Part shown: positions 1-9,845 of the stretch, in pieces
Position numbering within the stretch: position 1 is the first letter of the stretch
Layout: each line of letters begins with the position of its first letter
IMG/VR virus record: IMGVR_UViG_3300041964_000148
Reading direction: 5' to 3' (one strand)
Length of the DNA stretch: 64,000 bases
Source: a virus
Taxonomy: Duplodnaviria > Caudoviricetes
Notes under the pieces: generated by a model
What the model saw: only the letters and a program-made list of their open reading frames with translations
What the model was told of the DNA's origin: nothing
Database searches by the model: none
Program-made: the position numbers and the translations under genes

Positions 1-1
1 A

Positions 2-154
2 ATTGCTGTTACCTGGCTTGCCGTTATTTACTTGATTGTTTCTATGCTTGTTTTCTGGACGGCTATCCAGCGCGACTGGGACAAGATATCAGGGCAGGTT
101 GTACTGCAAGACCTAGTAAGCTCACTTCTTTGGATCAAGGAATTATTTCAATGA
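2..154 (+). CDS. 3' end of a small membrane protein (truncated by window start)
   Basis: Frame 2 is open and hydrophobic (IAVTWLAVIYLIVSMLVFW...). Its TGA overlaps the next ATG (ATGA at 151-154). Confidence 0.6.
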   Translation: MAVTWLAVIYLIVSMLVFWTAIQRDWDKISGQVVLQDLVSSLLWIKELFQ

Positions 155-684
155 TGAAAAAACTCATATTTCTGGCAACCTTGGCTCTTTGCCTGATTCC
201 AACCCCTGTTCAGGCGATCGCCCCTACGATAGCTAAGGTTGCAAGGCTCTCCGACGGGGACACGGCGACCGTAGATAATGGCTTGATGTCTGATGTCCGG
301 ATTGCCTGTATTGATGCTCCAGAAGTTCCACGCTCGAAGAAGGCGTCTGAACAGGCAGATGCAGTTGCCCAGACCCAATATAAGTGGGGGAGGCTGGCTC
401 AGGCAAGGGTTAGCAATCTTCTGGCTAACACTGGGAGCGAGATTCTTGTGCAGCCAGTTAGCGTTGATCAATATGGGCGGAATATTGCCTCTGTTCAATT
501 TGGCGATGGCTCCGATTGGGGAGTGCGCCTGGTGAGTGAAGGACTAGCACTTGTTTACGAACAGTATGCCAATGTCGGGTGCAATAAAAATCTGTTACTG
601 GCTGCCCAGGACAATGCAAAGCAGCAAAAGCTGGGCGTTTGGAGCGAGTCGGTGATGCCCCCTTGGGAATTTCGGAAGCGTTAA
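151..684 (+). CDS. Secreted thermonuclease (SNase family)
   Basis: Signal peptide MKKLIFLATLALCL; SNase motifs DGDT, VRIACIDAPE, DQYGR, LVSEGLA, PPWEFR. Start moved to ATG 151. Confidence 0.9.
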   Translation: MMKKLIFLATLALCLIPTPVQAIAPTIAKVARLSDGDTATVDNGLMSDVRIACIDAPEVPRSKKASEQADAVAQTQYKWGRLAQARVSNLLANTGSEILVQPVSVDQYGRNIASVQFGDGSDWGVRLVSEGLALVYEQYANVGCNKNLLLAAQDNAKQQKLGVWSESVMPPWEFRKR

Positions 685-700
685 TCCAGATTTCTGCCAC

Positions 701-740
701 AAAAAAAGCCCCTCAACCATTTACGGTTGAGGGGCTTTTT
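701..740. terminator. Bidirectional intrinsic terminator
   Basis: AAAAAAAGCCCCTCAACC-atttac-GGTTGAGGGGCTTTTT between convergent genes. Confidence 0.85.
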
Positions 741-747
741 GTTGGGA

Positions 748-1008
748 TTAAGCTTTCTCAATCCCCAGGACTTCCCTGAGCGAGTCGATCCAGAACGGAT
801 CGATACCAAAGTCTGAGGCGATCTCTTCATCTGTATCCCCAGATTGCAGTCGCATTTCGACCCAATCCAGATAGGTGCGTATCGCCTTGAATGGGGTGGT
901 GCCGATGGAACGGTAGCTTTTATCCATAAAGCTAGCGTTCCATTGCCCATCAGGGGATCTGACTGTTCGGATGTCTAGTTTAAGAAGCATCCTTAGTTCT
1001 TGTGTCAT
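748..1008 (-). CDS. Hypothetical protein
   Basis: ORF with GGAG RBS; ends at the terminator. Confidence 0.7.
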   Translation of the reverse strand: MTQELRMLLKLDIRTVRSPDGQWNASFMDKSYRSIGTTPFKAIRTYLDWVEMRLQSGDTDEEIASDFGIDPFWIDSLREVLGIEKA

Positions 1009-1021
1009 TGTTAGCTCTCCA

Positions 1022-1276
1022 TTAGTAGGGTTTCATCTCTGAAAGATACCCTTCCCCTGTTTGGTTTTTGTTCATCGAACTCGCCCCAATTGCAGCGAGA
1101 TGCGCTAGATCTATTTTCTCTAAACCTTGCGACTCCATTTGATAGAGCAAATACAAGGTTTGGAGGGAGTTAAGTTCGCTAATTTGTGAGAGTAAATCCA
1201 TCCAATTCTTGTCTTTAGCCATCTCAACTAGATCTTTAGCCATCTCAACTAAATCCGGTATTCCTTGGTAAGCCAT
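1022..1276 (-). CDS. Hypothetical protein, paralog of 1405..1839
   Basis: Shared motif YQG..DL..MA.DL...LN.LQ.L.LLYQ.E.QGLEK; cassette promoter upstream. Confidence 0.8.
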   Translation of the reverse strand: MAYQGIPDLVEMAKDLVEMAKDKNWMDLLSQISELNSLQTLYLLYQMESQGLEKIDLAHLAAIGASSMNKNQTGEGYLSEMKPY

Positions 1277-1404
1277 CTTGTTTCAAGTTTTGCTTGATGT
1301 TTATTTCACTATTGTAACATTTTACGTTACAACAACTTACAGTGATGTGAAAGCAAAAATCGCTCACCCTAACATGAGGATGAGCGATCGCATTGGTTGT
1401 TAAT

Positions 1405-1839
1405 TTAGTCTAGTTGGGTGGCGGAGATATATCCGTGACCAGTCTCTTGGTCGTTCATCGACTCTGCTCCCTTTATTGCAAGGCACTCCAGTTCATTCTT
1501 CTCTAATCCCTCAGTTTTCAATCGATGGACTAAGGGTAGGACTTGGAAATGGTCGAGTCTCTGAATTAGTGCGATCGCAGCAATCCAGTTTTCACTCCGG
1601 ATTGAATCCAATACGCTTTTAGCTGTTTCATTGATGGTTTCCGAGGCTGACCCGTAAGTTAAGAGGCTTTTGATGTAATCTTTCTCCAGTCCTTGTGTTT
1701 CAAACTGATAAAGGAGAAATAACACTTGTAATGGGTTAAGCCCCTTAATCTGCATGAGTGCCGCAGACAGGTTTTGTCCCTTGATCTTTCCTATCAAGTC
1801 TTCAGCCATGCAGGCTAAATCGTAAGTTCCTTGGTACAT
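1405..1839 (-). CDS. Hypothetical protein with an internally duplicated domain, paralog of 1022..1276
   Basis: Two copies of the GLEK-containing module; cassette promoter at 1869-1877. Confidence 0.8.
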   Translation of the reverse strand: MYQGTYDLACMAEDLIGKIKGQNLSAALMQIKGLNPLQVLFLLYQFETQGLEKDYIKSLLTYGSASETINETAKSVLDSIRSENWIAAIALIQRLDHFQVLPLVHRLKTEGLEKNELECLAIKGAESMNDQETGHGYISATQLD

Positions 1840-1985
1840 ATTTCTATGGTTTTGCTTAATACCTTTTCATTGTAACACTTTATACTTCATAATACCTTGG
1901 AATTCTTAACAGCAAAAATCGCCCACCCTCTTGGAGGGCAGGCGATCGCTGAAGATAATGAGTTGGATTGTTTTAGATTCGTGAC

Positions 1986-2246
1986 TTATTCGTCTTTGTC
2001 TTTTACCCAAACATATTCAATAGCAGAATGCCTCATAAAGTAACAAGGTTTGCCATTGTACTTAGATTTGAAGTATTCGACATAAGGTTCTTTTGCAAGT
2101 TGCATCTCTTTTTCCCATTCACGGAAGCCTTGGCAATGCTTCCTCATGGTTGCAAGAGTAATTTCTCGCCCTTGTTCAACCATATTGGTAATGAGTTCAA
2201 CCTGTGAACTCACACAAGAGGTTGTATAAACGTACTCAGGCATGGG
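1986..2246 (-). CDS. Hypothetical phage protein
   Basis: Likely start at an ATG near 2240-2246 after a GGAGG RBS, overlapping the upstream stop; C-terminal YFKSKYNGKPCYFMRHSAIEYVW. Confidence 0.65.
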   Translation of the reverse strand, partial: PMPEYVYTTSCVSSQVELITNMVEQGREITLATMRKHCQGFREWEKEMQLAKEPYVEYFKSKYNGKPCYFMRHSAIEYVWVKDKDE

Positions 2247-2901
2247 AATCATCCTCCTGAACAGGTTTAGCATCATGAATCTGCCAGCCACCTTTGGCTC
2301 CAAATGATCCGACTCCATGTCCGCGTTCATAGTGGAAACAATAGCGGATACCATTGTAGAGGTACACTCTCTTGTTGATAGAGTCTACTTCTAGTAAGGC
2401 TCTTCCTTCTAAGTAGACCTTCTCTAGTACCCCATGAAAAGGTGTCTTTGAGTCGTTTAAAAACATTCGTTCAAAAACACCGCAGCCCCACTGATACTTT
2501 AACTCCTGTGACATTGAATCTGTTAGGTACTCTACCTCTTCTTTGGAAGAAAACCAAAACTTTTCCTCCCCAGCTATTTGCTGTAATTCATACTCAATGA
2601 ACGCTGCCCCTAGTGCAACACCAGGACGAGTTGGATCGATATCAATACTTCCTCCAGTTCCTTCTACCCACTTTATCAAACACCACTTACCAGTTTCCTT
2701 GTGTTTGCTAATCGAACAAGTAATAGTTACTGTTCCAGGGTGTCCAAATTTTCGCAATTCATCGGAAATAGGGACTTTGCATCCTTTCTCAAATGAAAAA
2801 TATGGCGAAGTATCTACTCCATAGCTGACTCGTTTCGCCCCCTGTTCAAGGACTACTTTGAAGGCTTCGTCTAACAGATCAAATTCTTGACTTTGTAGCA
2901 T
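2236..2901 (-). CDS. Hypothetical protein
   Basis: Start placed at ATG 2901 after the AAGCAAAATC leader and TGTTACAAT promoter. Confidence 0.75.
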   Translation of the reverse strand: MLQSQEFDLLDEAFKVVLEQGAKRVSYGVDTSPYFSFEKGCKVPISDELRKFGHPGTVTITCSISKHKETGKWCLIKWVEGTGGSIDIDPTRPGVALGAAFIEYELQQIAGEEKFWFSSKEEVEYLTDSMSQELKYQWGCGVFERMFLNDSKTPFHGVLEKVYLEGRALLEVDSINKRVYLYNGIRYCFHYERGHGVGSFGAKGGWQIHDAKPVQEDDSHA

Positions 2902-3022
2902 GATTTTGCTTTTTCGAGTTACCACTTTATTGTAACATTTTGCACTTCAAGATACTCCCGAACCCTTAATAGCAAAAACGCCCACCCTCGCATGAGGATG
3001 AGCGTTTTTAGGACAGAATAGA

Positions 3023-3409
3023 TTAATCTTCTGCTGGGAACTCTTGTTCTTTCATTACAGCCTGACCAACGGGATTGCCGTTGATATCGAGCAACCGACA
3101 AGCGGTCGCAATCGTAAGCTTACTTGCTAAATCTTCAAGAATTCGACAAGTTTCTGTAACTAGTGCAATCTGAGATGAAGTAGCTCGAATTGTGTTCCAG
3201 TTTGACTCCAGGTCATAAGGGAGTTCAGAAAAAGCAGCGTTGTCAGTCTCAATTTCAACTAACAAGCTAAGGCGTTCTCCTTTAGATAGTGAAAAAGAAC
3301 AAACACCCTCTTCTTTTCGATATTTAGTTGCAGTATCGAGAAGCATTTGAGCGATTACATCCTCAGAATCTGCGGATAGTTGGATGTTGATTTTGTCAGA
3401 TGTTGTCAT
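3023..3409 (-). CDS. Hypothetical phage protein
   Basis: ATGA-coupled to the upstream ORF; phage-typical IETDNAAF...DINGN.VG motif. Confidence 0.7.
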   Translation of the reverse strand: MTTSDKINIQLSADSEDVIAQMLLDTATKYRKEEGVCSFSLSKGERLSLLVEIETDNAAFSELPYDLESNWNTIRATSSQIALVTETCRILEDLASKLTIATACRLLDINGNPVGQAVMKEQEFPAED

Positions 3410-3951
3410 GATAAAATTCCAATGATTTTGCTAGTTTGTTGATCAAAGTGAGAAAGGTAGGAAGCAATTGCTTCTTGCTCCCCAATTGGAGGCTCGAAAA
3501 CAGGGAGGTTTTTTAGTGCTTCCACTGTCAGAGAGTTGGTCATGCTGACTTCTCTTCGGAGCCAATGTTGAGCAAAATGGCTGTTTAAATAAAACAACCA
3601 GAACGCAGTATTTTGAGATGGTAGGAGGTTTATAAGGATAAGAGAGTCAGCATTCTCTTGACCATATGAGGACTTAAAATCAAATCCTTTTTTTGTTACC
3701 AGGATATCCCATTTCTCGTTATCAACTGGGACAGGCTCTGTGTACCCTCTTGCATTATTCCAAGTTCCGTCCTTTTTCCAGATTCGTGGCAAACCTATAA
3801 ACCTGAATCGCTTTTGGTTCCAGTGGGCTGGGACTTGATTGATCCACTCTACTGATGTGGGACTCATTGGGACTAACGGATCTAATCCTTGGGAAAAGAC
3901 CTTGTGAGCGATCGCTTTGAATCGCTCTTTATAAAGACTTTTTATGCCCAT
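3406..3951 (-). CDS. Stand-alone half type I restriction specificity subunit (HsdS-like, single TRD)
   Basis: GLDPLVPMSPTSVEWINQVPAHW matches the HsdS conserved region (GLDP..PMKDSGVEWIG.IP.HW); PPIGEQEAIASYL matches the PP..EQ..I helix. Confidence 0.75.
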   Translation of the reverse strand: MGIKSLYKERFKAIAHKVFSQGLDPLVPMSPTSVEWINQVPAHWNQKRFRFIGLPRIWKKDGTWNNARGYTEPVPVDNEKWDILVTKKGFDFKSSYGQENADSLILINLLPSQNTAFWLFYLNSHFAQHWLRREVSMTNSLTVEALKNLPVFEPPIGEQEAIASYLSHFDQQTSKIIGILS

Positions 3952-4437
3952 TCTCGAATTCCTTTCGCATGGTTTTGCTTCAATGAAATTAGCTAACTTC
4001 AATGAAATTAGCTAACTTCATTGTAACATTTTGTACTCTATGTTTTTGTTGTTAGGCATTAACAAAAATTGCCCACCCTTTGAGTTAAAGGATGGGCAGA
4101 GGGGCAATAAAAATAGATATGATTACCCCTTGTTCTCTCAATTGTGCATCTATCGTTTAGGATAGCGCGGCAATTGAGAGAAGAGGGGTTTGGATAAGAA
4201 AAATACTGGTTAAAACAACCGTTTGTAATAGCGATCGCATAACGATTGCCGCGACAAACAACGCAAAAAACTTCTGATGCACCTAAGTACAATCCTTTCC
4301 AACCTGTGTGTATCCGTCCATCCGGATCGGCAGGGACACTGGCTTTTTCGTCAAACCTGCAATTGGTTGCGTACTACAGGTAAGCGGGGTGGCTTCTACA
4401 AAGTCTTTATACCTATATGTTATCACAAGTACACCCG

Positions 4438-4968
4438 CTAGAGCAAGTACTCAGAGGGCATATCTGTGAAGTCAGGGAATGGCTCACTATTAAGGGTTAC
4501 GCTATCCCTGAAAGCCTTCAAGCCTTGGTCAGATGAAAGTCCCCTGTATGCCCAGTAGCCAAAAGTCAGAAGGTTGGTTTCTCGGCTAATGTCCGCATCT
4601 GTGCCAAAACCTATGTTGATGGTGATGTCATTCCTGAACCTAGTTTGGGGTTCCAGCTCCACCTGTAAGGAGGTGATGCCGATTTTAACGGCTTGGTTCC
4701 ACCGCAGTATTTCTTCCCGCGCATGGTATTGGAAATACTTGGCGGATCTAGCTGTTAAGGCAACAAATAACTTGGGAGCCATTCCCATCGTTGGATGAAT
4801 AGGCGATCGCCCGTAGTCCAACAACAGCAAGTGCAGTATGCGACTCGCCACCACTGCCCCTGGGCGGGAAACAATATTCATCTGCCCCTGGGCGTCGTGG
4901 GGCGTGTACCACGTCCAATCCTGGCCGAGTGGAGAACTCAAGCTCTGACCCTCCTTTCTGGTAGCCAC
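4438..4968 (-). CDS. GPW/gp25-like baseplate wedge protein
   Basis: SRILHLLLLDYGRSPIHPTMG resembles gp25 I..IL.T..GER...P.FG; followed by EEILRW..I..LQV. Confidence 0.6.
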   Translation of the reverse strand: MATRKEGQSLSSPLGQDWTWYTPHDAQGQMNIVSRPGAVVASRILHLLLLDYGRSPIHPTMGMAPKLFVALTARSAKYFQYHAREEILRWNQAVKIGITSLQVELEPQTRFRNDITINIGFGTDADISRETNLLTFGYWAYRGLSSDQGLKAFRDSVTLNSEPFPDFTDMPSEYLL

Positions 4969-6041
4969 TCTGCACCGCCACGTCCGCGCCGTATCTTTAA
5001 AATATCTTCAATAAACTCTTGAAGCGCCTCCTCGATAGTATCAGCAGCCCTGTTTGAACTATAAGTAGCATCCTCGTCTAGGTCATGACCGTTTTCCCCT
5101 TTGCCGGGGAAAGGGATGCCATCAGGAAACTGTAGCTCTACACGATGAACTTGCTTCTTCCACCACCAAGCTCTTGGACGAGTCCAAGTAGCGACATAAG
5201 CTTCTGCCGTTCCTTGGTAGGTAGCCTCAGGTAGGTAAATTTCTATTTTCTTTTGGATAGTTGGCGATCGCACATAATCGGCGCTTCCAAATAGCAAATC
5301 CATCAAAAACACGCCTTTGTAAAATCCTCCGCTTTGGCTCCCTCCCAAGTCATCACGCCACAAGGAAAGGGATAGATGATCTTCGTACAGGGTAATGCCA
5401 GTTACCCTTTCTTCCGCTGGAAACCAGTGGCGAGGGAACATCTGCTCAATTGTAAACCAGCAGCTCCCTAACTTCCATGCCCGAATTCCGAGTTGAATTT
5501 GGTCTTCTCCTCCAACAATTACGCGAATCCCTAATCCCAGTCTGGAGCGGCTAATGATCTCGAATCTTAGATCCATAAGGGGCGTTGTGCGATTTTCCTC
5601 AGAACGCTCCCGGTATAAAGTAAACCAGCAGCGTTTGTAGAGCCAAACCCCCTCTTCCTTCCTTAAGTCTTGGGAATGAAAGCGAAAATAATTCTTCCAA
5701 GAAATAAGCCAGTTGCCGACATAGTGTAGCTTGCTTTGGAGTCTGAACAAGGGATGCGATCGCACTCGGAAATATTCATCCAAAGCAGCTTGAGACTTGC
5801 TCCAGAAGGAGAAAGCGAAGGCCATTGACTCCATGTCGGGGTGCAAGTCTATGTATTTATCAATCGATTTCGCGAACGTGTCGAAGGTGAAGTTCGGAAT
5901 ATTAAACATTTCCTCCAACTTTTGTTCATTCAACCCTAACTCCTTGTAAAAGGAAATGAACCAGCTTTTGGCACCTTCTCCGAATTGGTCGGGGGAAACT
6001 AATAGTTTCCAGTCTCGCATTTTCAACATAGATCCCTGCAC
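4938..6041 (-). CDS. Hypothetical protein
   Basis: 367-aa ORF in an operon with the HNH and gp25-like genes. Confidence 0.7.
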   Translation of the reverse strand: MQGSMLKMRDWKLLVSPDQFGEGAKSWFISFYKELGLNEQKLEEMFNIPNFTFDTFAKSIDKYIDLHPDMESMAFAFSFWSKSQAALDEYFRVRSHPLFRLQSKLHYVGNWLISWKNYFRFHSQDLRKEEGVWLYKRCWFTLYRERSEENRTTPLMDLRFEIISRSRLGLGIRVIVGGEDQIQLGIRAWKLGSCWFTIEQMFPRHWFPAEERVTGITLYEDHLSLSLWRDDLGGSQSGGFYKGVFLMDLLFGSADYVRSPTIQKKIEIYLPEATYQGTAEAYVATWTRPRAWWWKKQVHRVELQFPDGIPFPGKGENGHDLDEDATYSSNRAADTIEEALQEFIEDILKIRRGRGGAEWLPERRVRA

Positions 6042-6341
6042 CTAAGTTTTCTTTTTAATGGTCTTCCTGATCTTCTTATACTTCGCCGCTTTACCTAAAT
6101 TGCAAGCACGGCAGAGTGCCTGAAGGTTATTGAAAGCTGACGAACCTCCCTTGGAGACGGGGATTATGTGATCAACTTCCAGCCGCACTTCTTCGTCTTT
6201 ATCTTTATCTTTATCTTTAGGGGAAGCACCGCAAGCCTCGCAGCGAAAATTCGCTCTGGCAAATACGTCGTATCTTAGTCCCTCTGATATTGGGCGGCGC
6301 TTCACCTTGACTGGGCGCTTCTTCTTGGTTTTTGCTGCCAT
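6042..6341 (-). CDS. HNH endonuclease
   Basis: CEACG...LEVDHIIPVSKGG...NLQALCRACNLGK. Confidence 0.92.
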   Translation of the reverse strand: MAAKTKKKRPVKVKRRPISEGLRYDVFARANFRCEACGASPKDKDKDKDEEVRLEVDHIIPVSKGGSSAFNNLQALCRACNLGKAAKYKKIRKTIKKKT

Positions 6342-6370
6342 TTACGCGATCGCTCCTAGAAATAGCTTCC

Positions 6371-7000
6371 ATGCCTTATATTTGTTGTGGTGAGTTGATT
6401 ACAAGCATGACAATAGCCGCTCGATGCGTCCTGTGCGAATACGAATATTCTCAAGCAGAGGTGGCTCAAGGATTGAAGCACTGCCCTGGATGTGGCAGTA
6501 CCGGGATACCTTGCAACCCTGCTTTTGATCTTACTGTTAATATTAACTGGCAAGAACTGCGAATATTGGCTGTCTGGGCTGAGAACTGGGCGCGGCAACG
6601 CAGTGAGAACCAAGACTACGAGGGTTTAAAGGCCGTGCATTGCATTGTTCATCGATTAGAAGAACAGTACCCGGATCTGTATCCCCTTACACTTGCCGGA
6701 GAAGTTCGCAAGATGCAGGAGGCTGGTCATCTGGTGGAGTCGGATATGGATGTTCGCGTACACCTGGTGTCGAGAGCCACGCGATCGCCTGAGGATACGG
6801 AGAAAATCAAGGCAGCTATTCTTGATGCCGCTCGTCACGGCGTCACAATTGTTCGCAACGAAACGTCAGGGCTTGAATCCGCCGGAATGTACCAGCTAAT
6901 CAAGGCGTTACGCGATCGCCCTCAAGTTTCAGGAAAAGAGCGAATCCTTAATCTCCTTGACCAACTGGAAGAAGAAATTCGTCGTCACGGAGAACCGTGA
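6371..7000 (+). CDS. Zn-ribbon hypothetical protein
   Basis: CVLC and CPGCG pairs; start uncertain (6371 or 6407). Confidence 0.65.
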   Translation: MPYICCGELITSMTIAARCVLCEYEYSQAEVAQGLKHCPGCGSTGIPCNPAFDLTVNINWQELRILAVWAENWARQRSENQDYEGLKAVHCIVHRLEEQYPDLYPLTLAGEVRKMQEAGHLVESDMDVRVHLVSRATRSPEDTEKIKAAILDAARHGVTIVRNETSGLESAGMYQLIKALRDRPQVSGKERILNLLDQLEEEIRRHGEP

Positions 7001-7329
7001 TGGAAAATAAACTTCCTACGACTGAGCGATTGGCGAGGGCACTCGAATTGGCGAACGATTCTCGGCTGGCTCAAATGATTGAGCGGGCAAGAGATGGTTA
7101 TTATGACGATTACAAAAGTAAATTGGCGACGCCGATTACTCAGTTGATTCATGACTTGCGATCGCTCGGTCTTGAGGCATTGGCACGACGAGCAATGGAT
7201 GGAGAGTTTGACGCCACATTGGAAGAGTCGGGGGACTGGTTTGAAAAAGAGGGGCAATTCCTCGTGTCTCCTGAGATGATGCAGGCTCTGCAACTGGACA
7301 CCCCAAATCCAAAGGGTTTTTCAAAATGA
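6997..7329 (+). CDS. Hypothetical phage protein
   Basis: Translationally coupled; GYYDDYKS.LATP...GEFDAT.EE motif. Confidence 0.75.
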   Translation: MMENKLPTTERLARALELANDSRLAQMIERARDGYYDDYKSKLATPITQLIHDLRSLGLEALARRAMDGEFDATLEESGDWFEKEGQFLVSPEMMQALQLDTPNPKGFSK

Positions 7330-7619
7330 CCAACACTCAAAAACTGGCGTATCTTGCCGCCAGACAGCTCTATGAAAAGTTAGATGCCGCGTATCCTGGG
7401 CTTCGCTCAGATGAACAGGCTAAGTTTTCTACGCCGGCGTATCTTAAATGGGCGCTAGTTCAGATCTGTTCTTTTGCGGGGTTCTGGGGTGAGGATAAGT
7501 TGCATCGCCATCTAGGGTGGTGTCAAGGCATTAGTAATTGCTTGGAATTGACGACAGTCCAGGAAGAACGCGATCGCATTCGTTCTCTAAAAGCAGAAAT
7601 AGCAGGTGAAAGAAGGTGA
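7326..7619 (+). CDS. Hypothetical protein
   Basis: ATGA-coupled ORF; K.HRHLGWCQG motif. Confidence 0.7.
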   Translation: MTNTQKLAYLAARQLYEKLDAAYPGLRSDEQAKFSTPAYLKWALVQICSFAGFWGEDKLHRHLGWCQGISNCLELTTVQEERDRIRSLKAEIAGERR

Positions 7620-8665
7620 TTGCCAATCACACATTTACTCCCCTCCCCTATGAGATTCTTGAACTTGAACAGTTAGGGCAAACCCTTCCCTTGGGAGTTT
7701 GGATGCCGAATGGGGACAGACTGAGGGATTTTACCCTTGCCCGTTTCATTGGGAGACACGAGTTAATTCTGGGGGAACTGGAAGACGCCAACAGGACACG
7801 CCCAGATAAATATAATCGCGTCATTACCCAGTTTCTGCCGGAAATACTACTAGAGATTGGGGGATACCCACTTAAGGATTTGGCGGCTCAGTTTGGGCTG
7901 AGTGTGAGCAAGTTCATTGCAAGTATGCACTTGGCAGATATTTTAGTCATTGTCCTCAACGTGCGGGCGATCGGAATGAGTCCACTCGTGCCTTTAACTG
8001 GGGAATGCCCCTGTGAGGAGCGGTTTAAGATTCGAGGTGGGGAAAATACGGCGGCGCACGACATGATGAGCGTTGAAGTCCGAGTGCTACCCGATGGGGA
8101 GGATTATCCGCCCATAGTGCGGGTAGAGTTGGCGGATGGAATTCTGCTGGGGGATGTCCGGATTGATGTAGTGCATTTATCCCCCTATCGGTTTGGGCAA
8201 GTGCCAGCAATTACGAACCCAGAGACGGCACTGGATCTAGTATTCTTGGGTCAGTTTACAGACCCACCAATTAAAGGGCAATTATATCGAGGTGCTTCTT
8301 CACGGGATATTAAGAGAATCATTTCTCGGATGTCTCAGTTAATCTATGGTCCGGAAAGAAAAGTGCCGATGGATTGTCCTAGATGTGGTCTTGAATGGGA
8401 CATTCCATTAGCTTATGGAATGGGGTATGAGTACTTTTATTTGTCTCTACTTTCTGCACCTAGAGAAAGCGAAGAAATAGGCAGTACAGCAGAGTACTTT
8501 AACAAAATTGCAAAGTTTTTAACTTTTGGTGAACAGGCTCCTTTCAGTTCTCTTCAAGAGGTGTTAAACTTAACTCCAAGAGATCGTGGTTGGTGGGTAA
8601 AAGAGGTTAGCGAAAGCTATGAAAAACAGCAGAAAGAAATGGAAAAGTCGCAAAAACGTAGATAA
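7616..8665 (+). CDS. Putative baseplate hub/tail assembly protein (T4 gp26-like with gp51-like C-terminus)
   Basis: LHLADILVIVLNVRA..CPC and CPRCG Zn motifs; C-terminal SLQEVLNLTPRDRGWWV resembles gp51/tail chaperone ends. Confidence 0.5.
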   Translation: MIANHTFTPLPYEILELEQLGQTLPLGVWMPNGDRLRDFTLARFIGRHELILGELEDANRTRPDKYNRVITQFLPEILLEIGGYPLKDLAAQFGLSVSKFIASMHLADILVIVLNVRAIGMSPLVPLTGECPCEERFKIRGGENTAAHDMMSVEVRVLPDGEDYPPIVRVELADGILLGDVRIDVVHLSPYRFGQVPAITNPETALDLVFLGQFTDPPIKGQLYRGASSRDIKRIISRMSQLIYGPERKVPMDCPRCGLEWDIPLAYGMGYEYFYLSLLSAPRESEEIGSTAEYFNKIAKFLTFGEQAPFSSLQEVLNLTPRDRGWWVKEVSESYEKQQKEMEKSQKRR

Positions 8666-8670
8666 AACAA

Positions 8671-8709
8671 AACACCCAAGATACTGTATTTAACAATATC
8701 TTGGGTGTT
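8671..8709. terminator. Terminator hairpin, near-identical copy at about 9771-9810
   Basis: AACACCCAAGATA...TATCTTGGGTGTT in both places. Confidence 0.75.
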
Positions 8710-8722
8710 AATTAATAAGAGA

Positions 8723-9073
8723 TTATCTAACGTGGAAAATATGGTTTGGGAACCATTTTGCCCAGCGGAGAAGAATGTTCAAGATGTGTCCTGCATTCCC
8801 TGGAGTTGCTTTCCAGTAATCCGGATCTTGCTCTATTCCTAGAGCTTCTATACCTTTATTCAAGAGGAGAATTGATTCATCTCCCGTCTTCCCGTTAAGC
8901 CACCATAGACCTTCCGGATGGAATATCCTAAAGAGTTCACTGTAGTTATATGTAACGTTTAATGAGGCATCATTACTGCCTCCTTCAACGTATGTTCCTC
9001 CGTCTGCGTGGGCAACTGGAAGTTGCGCGGTTTCTTCTGTTTTTGGATCAACCATTGTTACTTCGTAACTCAT
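8723..9073 (-). CDS. Hypothetical phage protein
   Basis: LNVTYNYS...DYWKATPGNAG motif; AGCAAAAC leader. Confidence 0.8.
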   Translation of the reverse strand: MSYEVTMVDPKTEETAQLPVAHADGGTYVEGGSNDASLNVTYNYSELFRIFHPEGLWWLNGKTGDESILLLNKGIEALGIEQDPDYWKATPGNAGHILNILLRWAKWFPNHIFHVR

Positions 9074-9236
9074 GTTTTGCTCTGAATAGATTGAACGATA
9101 ACCGCTCTTTTATATCTCAATTTTAACCTACTTGTTATAACAAGTCAATTAACAGAAATCCCCTGCACCACTACTGGTACAGGGGATTTGTTGGGTGTTT
9201 AAGAAAGACTTATTCACCTATAAACTACAGCACTAA

Positions 9237-9695
9237 TTACTTGCTCAAATGCCTTCGCATCAATTGATCTACGGCTTCGGGATCTGTTGCTAATCGGTGC
9301 TTAACCTTTTGGTATACCTCTTCATTCCGATTATGGGATTTGCAGCTTTTCCGAGCGAGGTCGGGATTCGAGAATATACATTCCCTGTCCTGAATGACAT
9401 GGATTCTCTCCTTTTGGCTATCCCAAACGCAGTATTTTTCACCGTGTTTTTTGGCGTAAAACCTTTCTTTTGCCCGCCAAATGGTGAGGTAACGATCTAA
9501 CTTCTCAATTGCTTCATTGTCATTAGTCCAACTCAGTTCTTCTGTGATCAAACCATCTTCATCTTCAAAGTATAAAGTCTCTTTGATGTGATGAGAGATA
9601 CTGCCTCGACCATCGCCTTCTAAAACTAATGCACAAGTCCTGTGATCGGGAAGCAGCTTTATGTTTTGAAGCCGCTCTAACATTTGATCAAACAT
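9237..9695 (-). CDS. Hypothetical protein
   Basis: Cassette ORF with promoter variant GTTATAAT. Confidence 0.7.
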   Translation of the reverse strand: MFDQMLERLQNIKLLPDHRTCALVLEGDGRGSISHHIKETLYFEDEDGLITEELSWTNDNEAIEKLDRYLTIWRAKERFYAKKHGEKYCVWDSQKERIHVIQDRECIFSNPDLARKSCKSHNRNEEVYQKVKHRLATDPEAVDQLMRRHLSK

Positions 9696-9845
9696 TATGT
9701 TGTCCTTGTTAATGATTGTGGTTTTGCAATTATTAGCTATACCTCATTATAACGTAGGCTGTTACAGTAAAACACCCAAGATACTGTTTTGTTAACAGTA
9801 TCTTGGGTGTTAGTTAAAGGGTTTGAATTAGGTGTCTAGTGGTTA

